Shown: positions 19,471 to 25,852 of the stretch, in pieces | Layout: every line of letters begins with the position of its first letter | How positions within the stretch are numbered: the first letter of the stretch is position 1 | Assembly (NCBI GenBank): GCA_003650545.1 | Contig: QMQO01000008.1 | Coordinates: forward strand, 1-41,119 | Origin: Candidatus Woesearchaeota archaeon | GTDB lineage: Archaea; Nanobdellota; Nanobdellia; Woesearchaeales; B72-G16 | Direction of reading: 5' to 3' | DNA: 41,119 bases | Notes under the pieces: generated by a model | What the model saw: only the letters and a program-made list of their open reading frames with translations | The model's database searches: none | Told to the model about the DNA's origin: nothing | Translations under genes and position numbers: made by a program

Positions 19471-20310
19471 ATGATTAGGAGACCTGTTGTTGCTGGAATG
19501 TTCTATGAGGAAAATTCTGAAGCCTTGATAGAACAGATAAAGGAATGCTTCCTCGGAAAGTTTGGACCAGGTAAATTGCCTGATGGAAATGGTAATAAAC
19601 TAAGAGCTGTTATAGCTCCGCATGCTGGCTATAACTTCTCAGGGAGTTGTGCTGCTTGGTCATACAGAGAAATAGCAGAAGCAGAGTTTCCAGAAGTGTT
19701 TGTTATCCTTGGAACAAATCATCAATCACCTGCGAGCAGCGTCTCGTTGAAGGATTTTGAAACTCCACTCGGTGTTGTTAAAAATGATGTTGAACTTACT
19801 AAGAAATTGGGCGTTGAGGTAGATGAGGTTGTGCATGCGAACGAGCATAGTATTGAGGTTCAATTACCGTTTTTACAGTTTGTGTTTCGTGAAAAAAGTG
19901 AAAAATTAAAAATAGTGCCAATTTTAGTAGGAGAAGATAATAAGATTGTTGCCAAAAGACTAGTAGAGGTTATTGGAAAGAAAAGGGTTGTGTTTATTGT
20001 AAGCGCTGATTTTACACATTATGGAATACATTACGGCTATATTCCGTTTAAGCCAGATAAGATAAAGTTAAGAGAGCTCGATCTGGGTGCTGTAAAAGCG
20101 ATTCAAAAAATTGATAGCTTTGCTTTTGAAAATTATTTAGATGAGACGCAGGCCACAATCTGTGGGAAGAGTGTTATTCTATGCTTATTGAAGTTCTTTG
20201 AACTAAAAAAGGAAAAGGTTAGAGCTGAATTGCTTGAATACTATTCTAGTGGTGATATATCAGGAGATTATACTAATTCTGTGGGTTACGCTGCTATCGC
20301 ATTTAGATGA
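19471..20310 (+). CDS. amrB: MEMO1 family protein / AmmeMemoRadiSam system protein B
   Basis: R.PVVAGMFY, IAPHAGY.FSG, GTNH, EHSIEVQLPFLQ, SADFTHYG, TICG, SVGYAAI. Confidence 0.95.
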   Translation: MIRRPVVAGMFYEENSEALIEQIKECFLGKFGPGKLPDGNGNKLRAVIAPHAGYNFSGSCAAWSYREIAEAEFPEVFVILGTNHQSPASSVSLKDFETPLGVVKNDVELTKKLGVEVDEVVHANEHSIEVQLPFLQFVFREKSEKLKIVPILVGEDNKIVAKRLVEVIGKKRVVFIVSADFTHYGIHYGYIPFKPDKIKLRELDLGAVKAIQKIDSFAFENYLDETQATICGKSVILCLLKFFELKKEKVRAELLEYYSSGDISGDYTNSVGYAAIAFR

Positions 20311-20314
20311 AAAA

Positions 20315-20659
20315 ATGCTATTGAACAAAACAAAAGATAGGAGAATTGTAAATGAAGTTAAGCATTGCAGGAACCTGGTTAGTAAGGTTCGAGGACTAAT
20401 GTTTAGGAAGAAAGTTAACTGTCGTGGCTTAGTGTTTCATTTTGCTAAAGAAAGGGTAAATTCTTTACATACACTGTTTGTGTTTCATCCTATTGATATT
20501 CTGTTTTTAGATAAACATAAAAAAGTAGTTGAAATTAAAAAAAACTTGCAACCATTTAGATGTTACAGACCAAAGAAAAAAAGTAAATATGTTGTAGAGT
20601 TGGTTGCAGGGGTTGTTAGAAGAAGTGATACAAATATAGGAGACATAATTATATGGTGA
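20315..20659 (+). CDS. DUF192 family protein
   Basis: RGLMFRK, LHTLFVFHPIDILFLD, YVVELVAG, IGD. Probable ATG at 20315, just after the amrB stop. Confidence 0.88.
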   Translation: MLLNKTKDRRIVNEVKHCRNLVSKVRGLMFRKKVNCRGLVFHFAKERVNSLHTLFVFHPIDILFLDKHKKVVEIKKNLQPFRCYRPKKKSKYVVELVAGVVRRSDTNIGDIIIW

Positions 20660-20755
20660 TTAAATAAAAACTCTAATTTTTCAAAACAGAAATGTTGTAT
20701 TAGAAAAATTAGCAAAAAAGGTTTTAAACATCACATCAATACACCAATAGAAATC

Positions 20756-20763
20756 TTTATAAA
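20756..20763 (+). promoter_or_regulatory. TATA box (with purine-rich BRE-like AGAAA upstream) of the tRNA-Trp gene
   Basis: TTTATAAA 25-32 nt upstream of tRNA G1 (20788). Confidence 0.75.
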
Positions 20764-20802
20764 GCCACAATTATTAATTCGGATTAAGGGGCTGTAGTAT
20801 AA

Positions 20803-20823
20803 ACCTTAATAAATAGGGTACAA
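20803..20823 (+). other. tRNA intron 1 (position ~15/16, 21 nt)
   Basis: Central helix GTAT/GTAC, bulges AA|A and AA|T, inner helix CCT/AGG. Confidence 0.7.
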
Positions 20824-20833
20824 TCTGGCTAGA

Positions 20834-20866
20834 AGGAATAGGAGCGACATGCTCTCTTCCGAGTTG
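20834..20866 (+). other. tRNA intron 2 (position ~23/24, 33 nt)
   Basis: Inner hairpin GGAA..GGAGC/GCTCT..TTCC; relaxed central helix GCTA/GAGT. Exact boundary uncertain by 1-2 nt. Confidence 0.6.
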
Positions 20867-20880
20867 ATGGGTGGCTCCAG

Positions 20881-20956
20881 GATTGGAGCGAGGAGCTACA
20901 GTCTACTGTAGCTGTGACTTTAGCTATGGTCTGTTGAAGCTTGCTTCAATGAAGAG
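20881..20956 (+). ncRNA. tRNA intron 3 (canonical 37/38, 76 nt) with degenerate box C/D guide features
   Basis: Central helix CTCC/GAAG (one mismatch), inner helix ATTGGAGC/GCTTCAAT. C-like GCGAGGA 20888-20894; D-like TTGA 20934-20937 preceded by TGGTCTG, which is complementary to tRNA positions 35-41. Confidence 0.8.
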
Positions 20957-20964
20957 ACCACCAG

Positions 20965-20995
20965 ATGTTAACACAACCCTGTGTTAATAGGCGTA
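20965..20995 (+). other. tRNA intron 4 (position 45/46, 31 nt)
   Basis: 10-bp inner helix TGTTAACACA/TGTGTTAATA; central helix CACC/GGCG (one mismatch); bulges AG|A and TA|A. Confidence 0.78.
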
Positions 20996-21008
20996 ATCTG
21001 GGTTCAAA

Positions 21009-21042
21009 ATTGGTAAAGTGTTATTCATTTTGCTTGTGAAAG
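21009..21042 (+). other. tRNA intron 5 (position 59/60, 34 nt)
   Basis: Perfect central helix TTCA/TGAA, bulges AA|A and AG|T, inner helix GGTAAAGTG/CATTTTGCT, outer helix formed by the T stem. Confidence 0.85.
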
Positions 21043-21080
21043 TCCCAGCAGCCCCATTACACCCCTTAATTTAAAAGAGG

Positions 21081-22265
21081 TTGAAATTGGTTTTCATTAA
21101 AGGAAAACGCAAAAGTAAAAGTCCATTAGGAGCTATTGCCACATTAATAGGTACAACAATTGGAGCTGGAATTTTAGGAATACCTTATGTTGTAGCAAAA
21201 TCAGGCTTACTTTATGGCTTATTCCTTATTATTTTTATTGGGGTAATAATACTGTTTGTCAATCTATTTTTTGGTGAAATTGTTTTAAGGACTAAAGGCA
21301 ATCATCAAGTACCGGGATATGCTGAAAAATATACTGGAAAATTTGGAAAATTCTTTATCGTGCTTTCGTTTATTATTGGTGTATATGGCGCAGTCATTGC
21401 TTATACAATCAAAAGCGGAGAGTTTCTTATGTATGTTTTTAATGGATCTAACTCGTTTCCATACAGCCTTGCGTTCTTTGCTGTTATGTCTGTTGTAATC
21501 TATTTTGGCATAAGGGCTGTTGAACACTCCGAACTCGTCCTTGTCGGTTCATTCATATTAGTTATTCTAATCGTTTTCTTTTTAGGGCTCAAATCAGTTG
21601 ACCTCAGCAATTTTGACCTTGTTCATCCAAAGTATCTTTTCCTGCCTTATGGTGTTATTCTATTCGCCTTTTTAGCTACAGGTTCTATCCCTGAGATGAA
21701 GGAACAGCTAACTCATTATAGAAAGAAGATTAAAAATGCTATTATCTTAGGAACCATCGTACCAATCATAGTCTATCTTGCTTTTGCAATCGTTGTAGTG
21801 GGTATTACTGGAAAAGATACGACAACAGGAGCAATTGAAGGTCTTGCGAATGTCATCAAGAATCCTACGGTTATTAAAGGAGCATTTATTTTTGGTATAC
21901 TTGCTATGGCAACTAGTTTTATTGCTCTTGGCAGAGCACTCAAAGAAATGTACATGTTTGATTTTGGTTTTAAAAAATTTCATTCTTATCTTTTTACAGT
22001 TATGATACCTGCATTGTTGTTTTTGTTGCTTTATTTTACTGGCAATAGCAGCTTTATAAATATTTTGGGGATAGCGGGGGCTATATCTGGTGGGATTGCA
22101 GGAGCAATTATTGTATGGATGTATATAAGAGCTAAAAGGTTAGGTGATAGACAGCCAGAGTTTAGTATAAAGTTAAATAAGCCATTTGCTTGGTTTATCA
22201 TTCTGGTTTTTATTATTGGGGTTATATTAAAACTCTTAGAAGTGTTTGGAGTTTTGAGGTTTTAG
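21081..22265 (+). CDS. Aromatic amino acid permease family (TyrP/Mtr-like, HAAAP) transporter
   Basis: LIGTTIGAGILGIPY, LPYGVILFAF, IPEMKE, ATSFI and about 11 TMs. True start may be TTG 21087 after GAGGT. Confidence 0.85.
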   Translation: MKLVFIKGKRKSKSPLGAIATLIGTTIGAGILGIPYVVAKSGLLYGLFLIIFIGVIILFVNLFFGEIVLRTKGNHQVPGYAEKYTGKFGKFFIVLSFIIGVYGAVIAYTIKSGEFLMYVFNGSNSFPYSLAFFAVMSVVIYFGIRAVEHSELVLVGSFILVILIVFFLGLKSVDLSNFDLVHPKYLFLPYGVILFAFLATGSIPEMKEQLTHYRKKIKNAIILGTIVPIIVYLAFAIVVVGITGKDTTTGAIEGLANVIKNPTVIKGAFIFGILAMATSFIALGRALKEMYMFDFGFKKFHSYLFTVMIPALLFLLLYFTGNSSFINILGIAGAISGGIAGAIIVWMYIRAKRLGDRQPEFSIKLNKPFAWFIILVFIIGVILKLLEVFGVLRF

Positions 22266-22316
22266 AAAGAAAACTAAATTTTCATTGTTACACTAAATTA
22301 TATTAAGAGCAATTTT

Positions 22317-22886
22317 TTATTTACTAACATAATAGAAAGGATCCTGTTTCTTAAATAATTCCTTGTGACTATTTATATAATTATTTATCTTACTAATATC
22401 CCAGCCCTTTTCAGCAAGCATTTGTTTGATCTCCCACAATGATTTACCTTGCTTTACAGACGCCTTAATAAAATCATCCAAGCTTTTGATTGCCAACTGC
22501 TCCAACTGCTTTGCTGCTTTTTTAGATAGCGATGCTTCTGGTATATATTTTGGTTCTTTAAAAAAGCCTTTTACCTTATGTCTTGGCTTTAGTTGTTGTT
22601 TCAGAAATTCAGTTTTAGATTTTTGCTTTAATGGAATTGCTTCCTTTTCTTCTTCTTTTTTAATGTATTTTCTAAACACAGTGATGACCATCCAAATTAA
22701 AGCTATTACAATTATAATAATTAATGTGATCAAAGCGATTGTACTAGTAGATAGCGATAACTCGCCTGTTACATTTCCTGTAATCTGATTTTGGTTCGAG
22801 TTTAGATTCATCAAGGACGAGTAAGAAAATATTCCTGTAAATATAAGAATTAAAAACAACATCTGCCCCTTTTTTGTATCCATCAC
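22317..22886 (-). CDS. Hypothetical membrane protein with N-terminal KKGQ (class III signal peptide-like) motif
   Basis: MMDTKKG|QMLFLILIF, ITGNV, a second TM, and C-terminal GKS..EIKQML.EKGW....I helical motif. Confidence 0.75.
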   Translation of the reverse strand: MMDTKKGQMLFLILIFTGIFSYSSLMNLNSNQNQITGNVTGELSLSTSTIALITLIIIIVIALIWMVITVFRKYIKKEEEKEAIPLKQKSKTEFLKQQLKPRHKVKGFFKEPKYIPEASLSKKAAKQLEQLAIKSLDDFIKASVKQGKSLWEIKQMLAEKGWDISKINNYINSHKELFKKQDPFYYVSK

Positions 22887-22959
22887 AATTAAGAAATAGA
22901 AAAGAGATTTATAAGTTTTTTGCTTATTTTTATTTTTATTTGCTTATTCTTATTCTGCT

Positions 22960-24414
22960 TTATTCGCTCTTTGGCGTTACTATCAACCAAACATCCCCTG
23001 TGTTTAGTTGTGACTGTCCGTCATCGACTATAAATTGGATTGTTCTAACACCAATAAAACCCTTATCTGGAAAAAATTTGACATAGCCAGACTTTTCGTC
23101 CAATTCATAATAAATATTTTTTATTTTGCTTTCTGAATAAAAAGTTAATGGGTCTCCATCAGGATCTCTGATATATCTGCTGAGATTGAGTGCATGCGGC
23201 TTATCTTGTTCCCAAACCTGATAGCGGAATTTATCTTTCTTGTCTTCTATTTCCTTAAGTTTTTGTTCTACCTCTTCTATTTCTTGGATAGGTTTGTAAT
23301 CTACAGACTCAAAATCTTTCTTGAGTCTAATGTAGTTTTGATATTCTTTTTCTAGTAAAGACAACTCTACAGATTCTTCTTCTTTTTCGGTTTTGTCTTC
23401 GGTTCTATTATGTTCTTTTGTTGATGTCTGTTCTTTGACAGACTTATCTGCTGGCTCGTGTTTGAATATGTTGAGGATTGAAGCAATCCTATCAAAGATG
23501 CCTGTTTTGTTCTCTAACTGTTTAGTCTGTTTTCCTTCAGCTATGGAAGATGTGGAAGAAGGTGTAGCAGCTAAAGGTGGCTTTTCTTTTCCCATCTCAT
23601 CTCCTTTAATCGTCACAATTTTTATTGATAAGATCCATATACCAAACAACAGAACTGCTATTAAAATCACTATTATAGGAGTAAACCACCATTTTATTTT
23701 TTTCTTTGATTCTACTTCTTTAACAAACTCTTTCTTGATTTTTTTCTTTGGCTCTTTTATAACAGCCGGTAAAATTTTTAATGGAACAATTGCAAATATG
23801 CCTAGCCCAGGGCTTACCGCTTTGAAGTAATGGTATAATTCGTCTGATTTAATTCTGTTTGTTTTAAGTGTGAACCAGCGGCCATTTGTATAGTATTTCA
23901 GTACAATATCATTAGTGTTTATATTATGTTTTAATAAATAAGAACGCTCGAGCCTGAAGCGTATTATCACTTCCTTGATAGCATACTCTCCTAGATTACG
24001 AGTAGTGAATTTAAAATACTTATAGCAGTCTTTGAGCTTCTTTGCACCAAAACTGCTGTAGCCTTGTTCTGCTTTTACTATTACAGCGTCAACATCTTCT
24101 TTTAAGGAAACTTCGGCTGTTAGTATATCTAAGTTGTCAGTCTCAAAGATTAGTTTCTCTTTGCTAGAAATGAACGGAAAATACTTGAGATTAGGTTTTC
24201 TTTTATCTTGTGTTAGATGTCTAAGCTTAACCTCCTGTGATGCTATAACTAATAGTAATATAATTAATAACAGTACTACAACAAAGGTTATTCCAATAAT
24301 AAGAATAATAGCTAGACTGGTATTAATGGCCTCATTTTTAGCCTGGTTGCCTAATGCATAAGCAGAACTGATTAGAACAAAAACGAATGTTAGTAATAAT
24401 AGTCTTGCCTTCAT
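22960..24414 (-). CDS. PGF-pre-PGF domain membrane protein with C-terminal cadherin/Ig-like domain
   Basis: YKYFKF, IIRFRLERSY, GRW..L.T, YFKAVSPGLGIFAI (PGF-pre-PGF pattern); DPDGDPLTF...FIVDDG; three hydrophobic segments. Confidence 0.85.
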   Translation of the reverse strand: MKARLLLLTFVFVLISSAYALGNQAKNEAINTSLAIILIIGITFVVVLLLIILLLVIASQEVKLRHLTQDKRKPNLKYFPFISSKEKLIFETDNLDILTAEVSLKEDVDAVIVKAEQGYSSFGAKKLKDCYKYFKFTTRNLGEYAIKEVIIRFRLERSYLLKHNINTNDIVLKYYTNGRWFTLKTNRIKSDELYHYFKAVSPGLGIFAIVPLKILPAVIKEPKKKIKKEFVKEVESKKKIKWWFTPIIVILIAVLLFGIWILSIKIVTIKGDEMGKEKPPLAATPSSTSSIAEGKQTKQLENKTGIFDRIASILNIFKHEPADKSVKEQTSTKEHNRTEDKTEKEEESVELSLLEKEYQNYIRLKKDFESVDYKPIQEIEEVEQKLKEIEDKKDKFRYQVWEQDKPHALNLSRYIRDPDGDPLTFYSESKIKNIYYELDEKSGYVKFFPDKGFIGVRTIQFIVDDGQSQLNTGDVWLIVTPKSE

Positions 24415-24478
24415 TCTATCATTCTATGCCCCTTTTATTAAACACTTTTATTAAAAATAGATTAAAAAAAGAAAAAAT

Positions 24479-25735
24479 TTAATAGTATGTTTGGCTCTCC
24501 TCAAAGCCTTCTTCTTCGTTACCTTTTAGCTTACTGAAACCGATTACTAAGCCCAAGATAACTAAGATAACTACTAATACGATCAAGGCTATGATCAAGC
24601 CAGTCTTCCAACCACTGCTTAGGCCTCCCTTTTCTCCAGCAGTTATGTTTGCACTTAAAGTAACAAGTTCTGAAACATCGTCTCCAGACTCAACTTTGAC
24701 TGCAAAGTCCTGTAGGCCTTCAACAGCATCCTTATCTGCTGTCACATAAACAAGTACGCTTTTGGTTGCACCACTAGCTATACTTATAACATTCTCTGGG
24801 CGTACTTGGATGGTGCCCCATTCAATATCGTCAGCTGAAATCACAAATGTACGAGTTTCAGCAGCACCATTAGTGATGGCTATCTCATAAAGAGCTCCAC
24901 CTTCGCCTTTAACGATTGTCTTTGTGTTTGTTCTAGAAACAACACTCGTTGCAGGAAGCTCTTTCTGTACTTCAGCACCAATAACCTGGACTGTAGCTTT
25001 TTCAGATGTTTCTCTTCTACCATCAAAGTACTTTGCAGTTACAACCAGATCATAACTGCCTGATTCAGCATCTGCTGGAATCCTCAAGTATAACTCTTCT
25101 GAAGTTGTCTTTTCCTTGGCATCTAGCTCGTCTATGTAATCTGACGCACTAACACCTAGCTCAGGAATCGAAGCTGTTACTTTAATACCATCTGAGTCTT
25201 CTTCGCCAACGTTCTCAATCCTTACAGTTGTAAGCAATGACCTACCAGCCTTAACAGAATTCATTGGGCTGAGGATAATGTCACGGATTAAAATGCGTTC
25301 ATCACCATCTTCATCTCCTACTAAGTGCAGGTTGTATGTATACTCTTCTAAACTTCCTTCTTTACCGTAGATCAAAATCCTTAAGTCATAATATTCGTCA
25401 CTGTCCATTAAATCTGGAAGCTCAATCTCAAGCTCTTTTGTTACTGTGTCGCCTTCGTCTAGGTCGAAACGTCTTGTGGTGTCAGTTAGATCTCCGTGCT
25501 TGTAGCCGCCGATCTCTGCTCTGATCTTTAAATCCTCATAATCCTGATCGTCAGCTTCTAACTCTATTGAGATATCAAGCTTATCGCTTAATTCAACAAG
25601 CTTAGTCTCATCACCAAAAGGATCAATCTCCTTGTTGTTTATCTCTAAGCTCTCTATTCTTGGCAAAGCACTTGCCATGCCAACCACTAATATTCCTATT
25701 AGGAATACCAACAAAATGCTAAATTTAGCCTTCAT
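24479..25735 (-). CDS. Acidic S-layer-associated protein with CARDB/Ig-like domains and C-terminal TM anchor
   Basis: Signal peptide MKAKF...ASA (ATG 25735 after GGGGGT), VRIENVG, LRIPADAESGSYDL, C-terminal TM and EESQTYY tail. Confidence 0.85.
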   Translation of the reverse strand: MKAKFSILLVFLIGILVVGMASALPRIESLEINNKEIDPFGDETKLVELSDKLDISIELEADDQDYEDLKIRAEIGGYKHGDLTDTTRRFDLDEGDTVTKELEIELPDLMDSDEYYDLRILIYGKEGSLEEYTYNLHLVGDEDGDERILIRDIILSPMNSVKAGRSLLTTVRIENVGEEDSDGIKVTASIPELGVSASDYIDELDAKEKTTSEELYLRIPADAESGSYDLVVTAKYFDGRRETSEKATVQVIGAEVQKELPATSVVSRTNTKTIVKGEGGALYEIAITNGAAETRTFVISADDIEWGTIQVRPENVISIASGATKSVLVYVTADKDAVEGLQDFAVKVESGDDVSELVTLSANITAGEKGGLSSGWKTGLIIALIVLVVILVILGLVIGFSKLKGNEEEGFEESQTYY

Positions 25736-25852
25736 TTTATTTACCCCCACTAAGTTGGTTTTTAACTATTACATTTCGAATGTTTGTAACTATTCGAAAG
25801 TAATCACAACTTATATATAAACATTACTGTGTTCGAGTATATGTTTATTTTA

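Larger units (their letters stand above)
20788..21056 (+). tRNA. tRNA-Trp(CCA) with five introns; exons 20788-20802, 20824-20833, 20867-20880, 20957-20964, 20996-21008, 21043-21056
   Basis: Joined exons give the 74-nt GGGGCTGTAGTATAATCTGGCTAGAATGGGTGGCTCCAGACCACCAGATCTGGGTTCAAATCCCAGCAGCCCCA. Acceptor GGGGCTG/CAGCCCC+A, anticodon stem GGTGG/CCACC with loop CT-CCA-GA, T stem CTGGG/CCCAG with loop TTCAAAT, A15-U48 Levitt pair. D stem is weak (A12.A23). No encoded 3' CCA. Confidence 0.88.

Noticed and set aside
20875..20956. Possible UCA (opal/Sec) anticodon or UGA recoding, because the intron helix GAAG would pair perfectly with U34 and GCTTCAA occurs in the intron
   Set aside because: The encoded anticodon is CCA, and TGA terminates conserved genes at their expected ends (amrB, DUF192, gmd, fcl). 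A single BHB mismatch is also present in other introns here.
21043..21080. Provirus or island integration at the tRNA 3' end
   Set aside because: No integrase is present, and I saw no duplicated tRNA 3' end (att site) in the window.
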